From: Eubacterium sp.
GTDB taxonomy: Bacteria; Bacillota; Clostridia; Oscillospirales; Acutalibacteraceae
Assembly: GCA_022511225.1 (NCBI GenBank)
Contig: JAFLRZ010000007.1
Location: 29,283 to 93,282 of the forward strand
Direction: 5' to 3'
Length of the DNA: 64,000 nucleotides
Shown here piece by piece: positions 54,409 through 64,000 of this stretch. Each line of letters starts with the position of its first letter. Position 1 is the stretch's first letter. The notes under the pieces are model-generated. The model was not told the origin of the DNA. It was given only the letters and a program-made list of their open reading frames with translations, and searched no databases. A program made the position numbers and the translations under genes.

Positions 54409-56784
54409 TTATTTAATCTTTGCGATTGTAACGCCGTTTTCGCCTTCGCCGTATCTGCCGAGGCGAAATTCACTGATATTCGGATGATGACGGAGGTAAT
54501 CGGTCACGGCTGAACGGAGCGCACCTGTTCCCTTTCCGTGAATAATTCGTATTTCCTCAATACTGTTGAGCACACACTTATCTATGAAAAGTCCAAGAGC
54601 TAAAAGCGCCTCGTCAACAGTCTGTCCGCGCATATCTATCTCCGTCTTTACGTCTGCGTCGGCTCTTGACGAAGTACGGTAAACGTTATGCCTTGGTGCA
54701 GCTTTCGGCTTTTCCTTAGGCTTATCGAGAAGCATAATATCGGAAAGCTTGACTCTCGTTTTAAGCATACCCGATTTCACGAGAAGCTTATTTTCATCTA
54801 CCTCTATAATCTCTCCCTCGCCGATATTTCTTATTACAACTCTGTCCCCGACTACGGGATTTCTCGGAAGCTTATAATCGTAATCCCAATTCTCTGCAAG
54901 CTGTGCGGGATTAACGAGCTCCTCCATTTCACCCATTTGTGATTTGACGGCTCTGCGTGTTTTTCGTGCAATCTCAGTAGCGTTTGAATCGTTCTGCTCT
55001 TTCTTCAGTTTTTCGAGTTCCAAGAGAAATTCGCCTGCCTTGCGCTTCGATGCCTCAACAAGCTTTTCTGCCTCACGCTTCGCTTTTTCAAGCTCGCGCT
55101 TTTTAAGCGTTTCTATCTTATCTCTTTCTTCTTTGGCTTTTGCTTCAATTCGCTTTGCCTTTGCCGTCATTTCCTCGGCAATTTTTCTTTCATCCTCAAG
55201 TGCCTGACGTGATTTTTCAAGCCTTTCAAGAATATCCTCAAAGCTTCGGTTATCAGAACTTACTATTGATTTTGCATTGTCTACCACGCTCTTATCCATA
55301 CCGAGATGCTCTGAAATTGCAAAGGCATTTGACCTGCCCGGCACACCGATAAGAAGTCTGTAGGTAGGTCGGAGCGTTTCAACGTCAAATTCGCAGCAAC
55401 CGTTGCTTACGCCGTCTGTATCGAGTGCATATGCCTTAAGCTCTGCATAGTGGGTTGTTGCAGCAATAACTGCTCCCTTTTGCCTTAAATCTTCAATAAT
55501 TGACACGGCAAGCGCCGCACCCTCAACGGGATCTGTACCTGCTCCGAGCTCGTCAATAAGTATAAGCGAGCTGTTGTCTGCCTTATTCATAATATCGATA
55601 ATATTCACCATATGAGATGAAAACGTTGAAAGCGACTGTGCAATACTCTGCTCATCGCCTATATCAACTAAAATTTTATCAAATACGGCAATTCTCGACA
55701 TATCTGAAACAGGAATAAGAAGTCCGCACATTGTCATTGCAGTAAGCAGACCGAGTGTTTTAAGCGAAACGGTTTTACCGCCTGTATTCGGTCCTGTGAT
55801 AACGAGGGTATCGTATTCTATACCGAGTGCAATGTCGGTAGGTACAACCTTTTTGGGGTCAATAAGCGGATGCCTTGCCTTTTTCAGATAAATGATGCCC
55901 TCTGTATTAAGCATTGGCTTTGAAGCCTTCATCTTATATGCAAGATGCGCCTTGGCAAAAATAAGATTAAGCATAACTGCGCTTTCAAAGGAATTCTTGA
56001 TTGACTGAGCAAACTCGCCTGTTTCGGCAGAAAGCTCATAGAGAATACGCATTATTTCGTCCCGCTCTCTGCCCTGAAGCACCTTTATATCGTTATTTGC
56101 ATCAACAACCGATGACGGCTCCACAAAGACAGTGGCACCTGTTGCAGAGGTATCGTGAACGAGGCCGGCAATATTACCTCTGTGCTCTGCCTTGACAGGC
56201 ACGACGAATCTGCCGTTTCGCTGCGTAACGATTGCCTCCTGAAGATACTGCTGATAATGCGAAGAGTGAATCATTGCATCAAGCTTTTCTCTTATGGAAT
56301 TCTCTTTAAGGCGAATCTTTTTTCGTATTTCAAAAAGCTCCTCACTTGCCTTGTCAGAAATTTCCTCGGCGCTGATAATACAGCTGAAAATCTTATTTTC
56401 AAGATATTTATTAACGGTAACACCCTCAAAGAATATGTCGAGGCTTGTTTTGACTTCGCTGCAGTGATTATGCCATTCGCTGAGCGCACGAAGCGCACGC
56501 AGGCAATAACCTATGTCAAGAAGCTCTGACGGATTGAGAGAGCCTCCTGCATCGGCACGAAAGAGCGGATTATTAACATTTTTAAGTCCTGAGAATGACG
56601 GTGCACCGAATCTTGCAAGAAGCGAAAACGCATCCTCCGTCTGAGTTAAAAGCATTTCGACACTTTTAACGTCACTTATAGGATTAAGCGACAGTGCCAT
56701 TTCCTTTGCATCATCACAGGTGCATTCATTTGCAAGCTTTTCAAGTATAACGTCAAGCTCTAAAATTTTGTAATTTTTATCCAT
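54409..56784 (-). CDS. mutS2: MutS2 endonuclease/ATPase
   Basis: TGPNTGGKT, DIGDEQSI.QSLSTFSSH, DELGAGTDP.EG; C-terminal Smr domain IIHGKGTG. Confidence 0.96.
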   Translation of the reverse strand: MDKNYKILELDVILEKLANECTCDDAKEMALSLNPISDVKSVEMLLTQTEDAFSLLARFGAPSFSGLKNVNNPLFRADAGGSLNPSELLDIGYCLRALRALSEWHNHCSEVKTSLDIFFEGVTVNKYLENKIFSCIISAEEISDKASEELFEIRKKIRLKENSIREKLDAMIHSSHYQQYLQEAIVTQRNGRFVVPVKAEHRGNIAGLVHDTSATGATVFVEPSSVVDANNDIKVLQGRERDEIMRILYELSAETGEFAQSIKNSFESAVMLNLIFAKAHLAYKMKASKPMLNTEGIIYLKKARHPLIDPKKVVPTDIALGIEYDTLVITGPNTGGKTVSLKTLGLLTAMTMCGLLIPVSDMSRIAVFDKILVDIGDEQSIAQSLSTFSSHMVNIIDIMNKADNSSLILIDELGAGTDPVEGAALAVSIIEDLRQKGAVIAATTHYAELKAYALDTDGVSNGCCEFDVETLRPTYRLLIGVPGRSNAFAISEHLGMDKSVVDNAKSIVSSDNRSFEDILERLEKSRQALEDERKIAEEMTAKAKRIEAKAKEERDKIETLKKRELEKAKREAEKLVEASKRKAGEFLLELEKLKKEQNDSNATEIARKTRRAVKSQMGEMEELVNPAQLAENWDYDYKLPRNPVVGDRVVIRNIGEGEIIEVDENKLLVKSGMLKTRVKLSDIMLLDKPKEKPKAAPRHNVYRTSSRADADVKTEIDMRGQTVDEALLALGLFIDKCVLNSIEEIRIIHGKGTGALRSAVTDYLRHHPNISEFRLGRYGEGENGVTIAKIK

Positions 56785-56802
56785 AATTATCCTAAATTAT
56801 TC

Positions 56803-57537
56803 TTAAATTAAGCTCTTGTAAAATTCAAGAGTCGGTAATTTTTTTTGCAATCTTGAAATCAGGTAGCGTTCGCTGAGCTGACTGAGAAGTGACAGATTAT
56901 CGTCGCTTAAAGAGAAGGAAAAAATCCGCTTCGGCTCTGTAAGGCATATAAAGCGAAGTGCCGTTATGACGTTTTTATGACAGGGTACGGCACCTGTTTT
57001 TCCGCAATTTTCGCAGTAGATACATCCCTCGAGCGTGTCAAAATACATTAAATCCGTTTCGTATGTACCACACGAGGCACAGGCAAGAATGCTTGGCATA
57101 TATCCGCCGAGTGAAAGTAAGCGAAGCTCCACAGCCGATTTGATTATCCGCTTATCCTTGCTGCTGTTGCAAAGAAGGTGAAGTGCATTGAGCATAACCG
57201 AAAGCATTTCTGCTGACGGCTGCTCTTCCTCGCTGAGCTCATAGGCAAGCTGAGCAAAATACTGTGCAAGAGAAAGCCTTTCGATATCCATTCTCAAATC
57301 GAAGAAAACCTCTATAGGCGAAGCGTTATCGATAACGAAAGCATCTCTGCCTCTGTATAGCGAAAAATCGGAATATGCAAAAAGCGAAGTTGAGGAATTA
57401 AGCTTGTTTTTAAGCTGCTTTGCACCACGGACAAAGGCTCTGACAAGTCCCCAATCAGCAGTAAGGAGAGTAACTAAACGGTCACTCTCCCCTATTGTCT
57501 GTTCTCTGATTACTAATCCCTTGGTTGAGTTTGTCAT
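56803..57537 (-). CDS. recO: DNA repair protein RecO
   Basis: GLVIRE..IGESDRLVTLLT...G; Cys4 CASC...CENC. Confidence 0.93.
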   Translation of the reverse strand: MTNSTKGLVIREQTIGESDRLVTLLTADWGLVRAFVRGAKQLKNKLNSSTSLFAYSDFSLYRGRDAFVIDNASPIEVFFDLRMDIERLSLAQYFAQLAYELSEEEQPSAEMLSVMLNALHLLCNSSKDKRIIKSAVELRLLSLGGYMPSILACASCGTYETDLMYFDTLEGCIYCENCGKTGAVPCHKNVITALRFICLTEPKRIFSFSLSDDNLSLLSQLSERYLISRLQKKLPTLEFYKSLI

Positions 57538-57625
57538 CAGCCGTCACCTTTTCGTGTTCCTTGTACTTAAGGTAGTCAAAAACACTTCCTGTTCTCATAA
57601 ATTCAAGCCAGCAATTATCTTCCAT
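57482..57625 (-). CDS. yqzL: YqzL family small protein (47 aa; absent from ORF track)
   Basis: MEDNCWLEFMRTGSVFDYLKYKEHEK...; W..F..TG....YL.YK motif; era-yqzL-recO position overlapping the recO start; GGTGG RBS. Confidence 0.75.
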   Translation of the reverse strand: MEDNCWLEFMRTGSVFDYLKYKEHEKVTADDKLNQGISNQRTDNRGE

Positions 57626-57679
57626 AACGTCACCACCATAGTTATTTTATCCTATGGTGATGTGTAAATTTATGTTAAA

Positions 57680-58567
57680 TTAATCCAATCCGAAATTGTG
57701 AATAAGTCCCTCACGGTTTCGCCAATCAAGCTTGACCTTTACCCAGCATTGAAGATTAACTTTAATCTGAAAAAAGCTTTCAAGATCCTGTCTTGCGTAC
57801 GTTGAAACCTTTTTGAGCATTGCACCTTTTTTGCCGATGACCATACCCTTATGGCTCTCACGCTCACAGTAAATAGTTGCTTCGATATCGAGTATGTCTT
57901 TATCGTCACGCTCTCGCATTTTTTCTACTGCTACGGCAATTCCGTGAGGAATTTCTTTGTCCATAAGACGAAGGATTTTTTCCCTTATAATCTCTGCGGC
58001 AAGCACTCTTTCAGGCTGGTCTGTAAGCGTATCATCAGGGAAGAAATGAGGTGAAGGCGTTGAAAGCTTTTCAAGCTCCTCTACAAGCTCGTCAACGTGG
58101 TCGCCTTCTGTCGCACTGACAGGCACAACTGCCGTGAAATCGTATTTTGACGTAAGGTATACGATACGCTCCAAAAGCTCTTTTTTGTCTGCAATCATAT
58201 CAATCTTGTTTATGGCAAGGATTACAGGCATTTTCTGCCGTGAAAACATATCAAGAAGCTCAAGCTCCTGAGCATTGAGCTCACCTCTCGGCTCTGTTAA
58301 AAAGAGGCACGCATCAACTCCGCCGATAGTATCGCCTACCGCCTCGTTCATCTTTTCTCCAAGCTTATTATGAGGATTGTGAAAACCGGGGGTGTCAGTA
58401 AAAACGAGCTGAGTTTCACCGCTTGTAAGAACGCCCATAATCTTTGTTCTCGTAGTCTGCGGTTTTGAAGAAACAATTGCAATCTTCTGACCGAGTATTC
58501 TGTTCATAAGTGAAGACTTGCCGACATTCGGCTTACCTACAATTGCAATAAAAGCGGTTTTCGTCAT
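57680..58567 (-). CDS. era: GTPase Era
   Basis: GKPNVGKSS, PQTTR, DTPG, NKID; KH domain GMVIGKKG. Confidence 0.97.
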   Translation of the reverse strand: MTKTAFIAIVGKPNVGKSSLMNRILGQKIAIVSSKPQTTRTKIMGVLTSGETQLVFTDTPGFHNPHNKLGEKMNEAVGDTIGGVDACLFLTEPRGELNAQELELLDMFSRQKMPVILAINKIDMIADKKELLERIVYLTSKYDFTAVVPVSATEGDHVDELVEELEKLSTPSPHFFPDDTLTDQPERVLAAEIIREKILRLMDKEIPHGIAVAVEKMRERDDKDILDIEATIYCERESHKGMVIGKKGAMLKKVSTYARQDLESFFQIKVNLQCWVKVKLDWRNREGLIHNFGLD

Positions 58568-59070
58568 TATTCGTCACCCATATAGTAGCTGTCATTTCTC
58601 TTCCAGCCGATTCTTGTTAATACGGTTTCTTCTTTTTCTCGCATACGAACGGCTTCAAGTCCGCCGTTTTCGTGGTCGTAGCCCAAGAGATGAAGCATTG
58701 AATGAACGGTTAAAAAGCTGATTTCTCTTTGAATCGGATGATTATACAGCTCTGCCTGCTCTACTGCCTTCTCCATAGAAATGACAATGTCGCCGAGAAG
58801 CTTTGCACCTGTGTCGTGGTTTATATCGTATTCTCCGTTCTCTCCGAGAGGAAACGAAAGCACGTCAGTAGCCTTGTCTATATTGCGGTGCATAGCATTA
58901 AGCTGTCTGATTTGCTCGTTATCAACAAAAGTAACGCTGACCTCGGTTGAGCCTTCAAAGCCCTCAAGCTCCAAAACTGCGTGACAGCTTCGTCTTATAA
59001 GAAGTCTTATTCCTGTTGGAATTTTGACAGCCTTCTGGCTGTTAGTAATTGCAACCTTAATAGAATCCAT
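58567..59070 (-). CDS. ybeY: Endoribonuclease YbeY
   Basis: TDVLSFP, LGDIVIS, HSMLHLLGYDH. Confidence 0.96.
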   Translation of the reverse strand: MDSIKVAITNSQKAVKIPTGIRLLIRRSCHAVLELEGFEGSTEVSVTFVDNEQIRQLNAMHRNIDKATDVLSFPLGENGEYDINHDTGAKLLGDIVISMEKAVEQAELYNHPIQREISFLTVHSMLHLLGYDHENGGLEAVRMREKEETVLTRIGWKRNDSYYMGDE

Positions 59071-60041
59071 TATTTCTTTTCCTCCTCGTATTTTTGATAA
59101 GCATTTACGATATCCTGTACAAGTTTATGACGAACAACGTCCTTTTGATTAAAGGTGCACATTGCAATATCGTCAACATTCCTGAGAATACGCATAACCT
59201 TTTTAAGTCCTGATTTTTTACCGTCAGGCAAATCTATCTGAGTTATGTCGCCTGTTATAACCATTTTTGAATTAAAGCCAAGACGTGTTAAAAACATCTT
59301 CATCTGCTCAGGAGTAGTATTCTGTGCCTCATCAAGAATAATGAAGCTGTCATCAAGTGTTCGTCCTCTCATATATGCAAGAGGTGCAACCTCGATAGCA
59401 CCGCGCTCCTGACATTTCTGAAAATTCTCTGCGCCGAGCATATCAAACAACGCATCATAAAGCGGTCTGAGATAAGGGTCCACCTTGCTTTGAAGGTCAC
59501 CCGGCAGGAAGCCTAACTTCTCACCTGCTTCTACGGCAGGACGTGTAAGGATGATACGGTTTACCTCCTTGGCTCGAAATGCCGTTACAGCCATTGCAAC
59601 GGCAAGATACGTTTTACCCGTACCTGCAGGACCGATACCAAATGTTATCGTATTATTTCTTATTGCTTCGCAATACTTTTTTTGTCCGAGTGTTTTCGGC
59701 TTAACGGGTCTGCCCTTTGATGAAATGCATATTGAGTCCGTGCTCATTGTGCTGAGCTTGTCCTCATTACCCTCGTTTACAAGAGAAAGCACGTAGCGTA
59801 CGTTCTGATTTGTAAGTGCTTCGCCCTTGCTTATAAGCAAAAGCAAAGAGTTAAGAGCTCTCACTGCTTTCGAAACGTTTTCTGCTTCGCCTACTACTTT
59901 TAGCTCTGTACCGCGTGATATTACGGAAACGCTATATTCTTTTTCTATCATTCTGACATTCTCATCGAAGCTTCCAAAAAGGCTGACTGCCTGTTCCATT
60001 GCTTCAAATTTAATTTCCTGCTCTGTCATTATTTTTTTCAA
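59070..60041 (-). CDS. phoH: PhoH-like ATPase
   Basis: GPAGTGKTYLA, RIILTRPAVEAGE, AYMRGRT, LDEAQN. Confidence 0.95.
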   Translation of the reverse strand: MKKIMTEQEIKFEAMEQAVSLFGSFDENVRMIEKEYSVSVISRGTELKVVGEAENVSKAVRALNSLLLLISKGEALTNQNVRYVLSLVNEGNEDKLSTMSTDSICISSKGRPVKPKTLGQKKYCEAIRNNTITFGIGPAGTGKTYLAVAMAVTAFRAKEVNRIILTRPAVEAGEKLGFLPGDLQSKVDPYLRPLYDALFDMLGAENFQKCQERGAIEVAPLAYMRGRTLDDSFIILDEAQNTTPEQMKMFLTRLGFNSKMVITGDITQIDLPDGKKSGLKKVMRILRNVDDIAMCTFNQKDVVRHKLVQDIVNAYQKYEEEKK

Positions 60042-60846
60042 CCTTTACTTTTTCAATTCGCCTTTCATCAACCTCTAACACTGTGAAGGTTAAATTCTCA
60101 TATTCGGCAGTTTCATTATTCCCTACCGGTAGGAAGCCTAACAGATTTATAACAAATCCTGCAAGAGTGTCATAGTCGCCCTCGGGAAGCTTAACGTCAA
60201 GCACCTTCTCTACCTCGTCGATATCGGCAACACCGTCAAAGGTAAACGTTCTTTCGTCAATCATTGTAACAAGCTCCGACTCCTCGTAGTCATATTCATC
60301 ACGAATATTTCCGACTATGCTTTCAAGCAGATCCTCCATAGTTACAAGCCCTGCCGTTCCGCCGTATTCGTCAACAACTATTGCAAGCATTATACTGCTT
60401 TCCGTCATTTGTGCAAAGAGCTTTCCGCACGGAATAGTTTCCGGAACAAAAAGAGGCTCTCTCGTATAATCTGTTATTTTATCATCAGCGGTTATTTTTG
60501 TACCCACAAACTTAAGAAGATCCTTAACGTAGATAATTCCGCAGATGTCATCAAGATTTTCCTTATACACGGGTATTCTTGATCTGCCGTGCTTGATTGA
60601 TACGTCAACTACAGTTTCAATTGAATCCGTAACCTCCACTGCATCCATATCTGTGCGGTGAGTCATAATATCACCTGCGTTGAGATCGTCAAACTCGAAG
60701 ATGTTATTTATCATCTCTCTTTGATTTTCTTCAAGCTCTCCAAGCTCCTCGTCGTCCTCAACGAGCTGTTTAATTTCCCTTTCCGTAGAATTACCTTTTC
60801 TGAATCGTCTTAAAAAGCCACTGCCCATAAAGGCATATCCCTCCAC
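60010..60846 (-). CDS. CorC/HlyC-family CBS-domain protein (no N-terminal TM domain)
   Basis: IMTHRTDM, SRIPVY, VVDEYGGTAGLVTMEDLLESIVG; CorC C-terminal domain. Confidence 0.88.
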   Translation of the reverse strand: MEGYAFMGSGFLRRFRKGNSTEREIKQLVEDDEELGELEENQREMINNIFEFDDLNAGDIMTHRTDMDAVEVTDSIETVVDVSIKHGRSRIPVYKENLDDICGIIYVKDLLKFVGTKITADDKITDYTREPLFVPETIPCGKLFAQMTESSIMLAIVVDEYGGTAGLVTMEDLLESIVGNIRDEYDYEESELVTMIDERTFTFDGVADIDEVEKVLDVKLPEGDYDTLAGFVINLLGFLPVGNNETAEYENLTFTVLEVDERRIEKVKVEKNNDRAGN

Positions 60847-60970
60847 TAAATTATCAAATAATAGATTAATTATATACTAAAATGCTCAATCTGTAAAGAC
60901 TTGACAAAAACACTATGTTAATATAGAATTATTTTAGATTATTATATCTTGTTATATCTTGGAGAAAGTC

Positions 60971-62026
60971 GTGTTAGAGCTTCTTAGTGAAAAACAAAAT
61001 ATATGGAATTTTCTTGCAAATGATGAAAAACCGATTGTAGTTTACGGTATGGGAAACGGGGCAGAAAAAATAATTTCCGCCCTTTCACAGTACGGAGCTG
61101 AGGTTAGCGACATATTTGCAAGCGACGAGTTTGTGCGCGGTCACTTCTTTTTGGGCTACAAGGTTATGAAATACAGTGAAATCTGCGAAAAATACGACGA
61201 TTTCAACGTTGTTCTCGCCTTTGCCTCGCACCTTGACGACGTTATAGAAAAAATCAGAAAAATCAATGACGAGCACAGAGTTTTTGCCCCTGACGTACCG
61301 ATTGCAGGTAACGGACTTTTTACGCTTGAATTTGTAAAGGAAAACGAAAGCAGCTTTGATTTTGTATATAATCACCTTGCAGATGATGAAAGCCGTAAGA
61401 CTTATCTTGACGTAATCAATTTCAAGATAAGCGGTAAGGTTGAATATCTGCTTGACGGGTTTTATGAAAAAAGCAGAGTGTACGGCGAGCTTCTCTGCCT
61501 TTGTGATGACGAGGTTATAGTTGACTTAGGTGCTTATGACGGCGACACGATAAGAGAATTCACAGGCTTCACAAACGGAAAATACAAGCACATCTACGCA
61601 CTTGAGCCCGACCCACGCAATTTCAAGAAGCTTGAGAGAAACACGGCCGAAATGAAAAGGCTGAGCATTTATAATATGGGTGCGTGGGATAAGTGTGATA
61701 CTCTTATTTTTGACACGCAGTCAAGCAGAAATTCCAAGCTTTCGTCAAAAGGTGTGCCTGTTAAGGTGGCAGATATTGACAGCCTTATTGACGATGAAAT
61801 AACGATGATAAAAATGGATATCGAGGGTGCGGAGCTTCACGCAATTGAGGGATGTAAAAATACGATTGTTTCAAAAAAGCCTAAGCTTTATATTTGCGCT
61901 TATCACAGAAACGAGGATTTATTCGCTATTCCTATGAAGATTTTATCATTAAGAGATGACTATAAAATCTATTTCAGACATTCAAAATACATTCCTGCCT
62001 GGGAATCGAATTTTTATATGGTGTAA
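60971..62026 (+). CDS. FkbM family methyltransferase
   Basis: VDLGAYDGDT, IYALEPD, IKMDIEGAE, ICAYH. GTG 60971 follows GGAG; the ORF-track start is 60959. Confidence 0.85.
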   Translation: MLELLSEKQNIWNFLANDEKPIVVYGMGNGAEKIISALSQYGAEVSDIFASDEFVRGHFFLGYKVMKYSEICEKYDDFNVVLAFASHLDDVIEKIRKINDEHRVFAPDVPIAGNGLFTLEFVKENESSFDFVYNHLADDESRKTYLDVINFKISGKVEYLLDGFYEKSRVYGELLCLCDDEVIVDLGAYDGDTIREFTGFTNGKYKHIYALEPDPRNFKKLERNTAEMKRLSIYNMGAWDKCDTLIFDTQSSRNSKLSSKGVPVKVADIDSLIDDEITMIKMDIEGAELHAIEGCKNTIVSKKPKLYICAYHRNEDLFAIPMKILSLRDDYKIYFRHSKYIPAWESNFYMV

Positions 62027-62038
62027 AGGTATAAGGCT

Positions 62039-62821
62039 ATGATTATTGCTCTTTACGGCGTTATTATCATAATTGCAACAATGCTCGGGGCATTTGTGGG
62101 ACTTGGCGGCGGAGTTATCATAAAACCGCTTCTCGATTTAATTGGTCACGATAGTATTGACGTTGTTAATTTCGTGTCAAGCTGTGCCGTGTTCAGTATG
62201 AGTATAAGCTCTACGGTAAAACACGTTTCGGCAAAAACAAAGATTGATTTTAAGTTTGTAGTTACAATTTCTATCGGTGCAGTGCTCGGCGGTATTGGTG
62301 GCTCGGCACTGTTTGATTATTTACTTACCGTGTTTGACAACGGTATGCTGAAGGCGTTGCAGGGTTTGATTTTGGGACTTCTTCTCGTGCTTTCGGTTAT
62401 CTATGTCAACGTAAAAAATGCAAAAAGCTTTAACGTAAAAAATCCTGTAGGCATCGTCTTTTCAGGTCTTGTTCTCGGCTTTACGGCATCATTTTTAGGT
62501 GTAGGCGGAGGACCGATTAACGTAGCGTTTCTTGTGCTGTTCTTCTCTATGACTATGAAGGATGCTGCCGTTTACAGCGTTGCAACTATATTTTTCAGTC
62601 AGCTTTCAAAGCTTATTACAATCGGCATATCGGGTACCGTGCCAAGCGTTTCAGGAATAACTCTTGCCGTTGCAATAGTCTGTGCCGTTTCAGGCGGAAT
62701 AATCGGTGCAAAAATGAATAAGAAATTTAACGAAAAAAAGATACGCAGTATATTCACAATCGTTGTTGCAGTGATTGCAGGAGTTAATTTCTACAATGCC
62801 GTAACGGGATTTATTTCATAG
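62039..62821 (+). CDS. TauE/SafE family sulfite exporter
   Basis: GLGGGVIIKP and GVGGGPINV repeats; about 8 TM segments. Confidence 0.88.
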   Translation: MIIALYGVIIIIATMLGAFVGLGGGVIIKPLLDLIGHDSIDVVNFVSSCAVFSMSISSTVKHVSAKTKIDFKFVVTISIGAVLGGIGGSALFDYLLTVFDNGMLKALQGLILGLLLVLSVIYVNVKNAKSFNVKNPVGIVFSGLVLGFTASFLGVGGGPINVAFLVLFFSMTMKDAAVYSVATIFFSQLSKLITIGISGTVPSVSGITLAVAIVCAVSGGIIGAKMNKKFNEKKIRSIFTIVVAVIAGVNFYNAVTGFIS

Positions 62822-62847
62822 CAATATATATCAATTAAGGAGCTATT

Positions 62848-64000
62848 ATGAAAAAAAAGAATATTATCTTCTATTTCTCAGATCAGCAGAGATGGGATAC
62901 CGTAAACGAAGAGCTGACTCCTAATCTTTGTGCTCTTGCTAAGGAGGGTGTGAAGTTTGAAAAGAACTTCACCTGTCAGCCCGTATGCGGTCCTGCAAGA
63001 GCCTGCTTGCAGACAGGTGTATATGCTACTCAGTGCGGCTGCTACTGGAACGGAATACCCCTTCCGCAGGATATTACACCGCTTGCTCATTATTTTAACG
63101 AAGCAGGGTATCAGACGGCTTACATAGGCAAATGGCATCTTGCGTCTGACAGACTGCCGGGTATAGGTCTTCACTGCGAGAGTACTCCTGTTCCTAAAAA
63201 TAAACAGGGTGAGTATCAGTACTGGAGAGCTGCTGACGTGCTGGAATTTACTTCACACGGCTATGACGGATATATATTTGACGGAGATGGCAACAAGCTT
63301 GATTTCAAGGGCTACCGTGCCGACTGCATAAACGATTTTGCACTTGAATTTCTTGATAATCGTGATACAGATAAGCCGTTTTTTATGTTTGTAAGCCAGC
63401 TCGAACCTCATCACCAAAATGACCATCATACGTATGAGGGATATAAGGAAACCGTTGACGATTACAAGGATTATCCGCTTCCTGATGATTTGACCTTCCT
63501 TAAGGGTGACTACGAGAAAATGTACCCCGATTATCTTTCGGCAATTAATAGGCTTGACTACAACGTAGGAAGACTTGTTGAGAAGCTTAAGGATTTGGGA
63601 ATTTATGATGATACGATAATTATTTACACGTCAGACCACGGAAGTCATTTCAAGACGAGAAATCCCGAATACAAGCGAAGCTGTCACGAAAGTGCTACGC
63701 ACACACCGCTCATTATCAAGGGAGGCGGTTTCGAGGGCGGCAAGAGTGAAACAAGGCTTTCCTCGCTCATTGATATTCCTCCTACTCTGCTTTCAATGGC
63801 AGGCATACCTATTCCCGAAACGTATATGGGTGTTGATCTGACCGAGCAGATTGATAAGCCTGAAGAGAAACGTGACTGCGTGTTTATTCAGATAAGCGAA
63901 GCGTCAAACTCGCGTGCAATCAGAACTGACAGATTTAAGTACGAGGTACGCGACTGGGCGATTACAGGATATGCACACCACAGCTCAAAGGTGTATTTTG
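62848..64000 (+). CDS. Cys-type sulfatase, partial (runs off right edge; absent from ORF track)
   Basis: ATG 62848 after AAGGAG; MKKKNIIFYFSDQQRWD...QPVCGPARACLQTG (CxPxR), GKWHL, TSDHG. Confidence 0.9.
   Translation, partial: MKKKNIIFYFSDQQRWDTVNEELTPNLCALAKEGVKFEKNFTCQPVCGPARACLQTGVYATQCGCYWNGIPLPQDITPLAHYFNEAGYQTAYIGKWHLASDRLPGIGLHCESTPVPKNKQGEYQYWRAADVLEFTSHGYDGYIFDGDGNKLDFKGYRADCINDFALEFLDNRDTDKPFFMFVSQLEPHHQNDHHTYEGYKETVDDYKDYPLPDDLTFLKGDYEKMYPDYLSAINRLDYNVGRLVEKLKDLGIYDDTIIIYTSDHGSHFKTRNPEYKRSCHESATHTPLIIKGGGFEGGKSETRLSSLIDIPPTLLSMAGIPIPETYMGVDLTEQIDKPEEKRDCVFIQISEASNSRAIRTDRFKYEVRDWAITGYAHHSSKVYF

Noticed and set aside
57640-57680. SigE-type promoter (CATAGGAT) upstream of yqzL
   Set aside because: The -10 is plausible, but spacing to the candidate -35 is about 2 nt too short; not supportable from sequence alone.

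Overview
Chromosomal window from an AT-rich Clostridia (Oscillospirales-like; taxon inferred from gene content) bacterium. Left to right: (1) a surface-polysaccharide locus on the minus strand (acyltransferase, beta-propeller protein, seven GT2s with six in tandem, GT4, EpsG/Wzy, and a DUF115-type gene running off the left edge); (2) a 3.08-kb integrase-free islet at the 3' end of tRNA-fMet, bracketed by a duplicated tRNA end plus terminator, whose three genes are separated by related 31-43 nt junction motifs; (3) a ThrE exporter pair and a GH38 alpha-mannosidase; (4) a DnaA-box cluster and a GTAG-REP behind ftsZ; (5) the dcw cluster mraZ to ftsZ; (6) a GPH sugar symporter, rsmD-coaD, uvrC and ptsH; (7) ylxM-ffh-rpsP-khpA // rimM-trmD, split by an insertion carrying an FN3 surface protein with an XRE regulator and tandem operators, plus a two-gene membrane protein + radical SAM/SPASM module flanked by a duplicated terminator; (8) azlCD, a degenerate PRTase and a T-box-controlled leuA...leuB operon with three inserted genes; (9) corC-phoH-ybeY-era-yqzL-recO-mutS2; (10) FkbM-TauE-sulfatase running off the right edge. 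No CRISPR array, rRNA, transposase or integrase was seen. Best novelty candidates: the rSAM/SPASM + membrane-protein module and the cassette-like tRNA-fMet islet. All family assignments are from motif recognition; no database searches were run.
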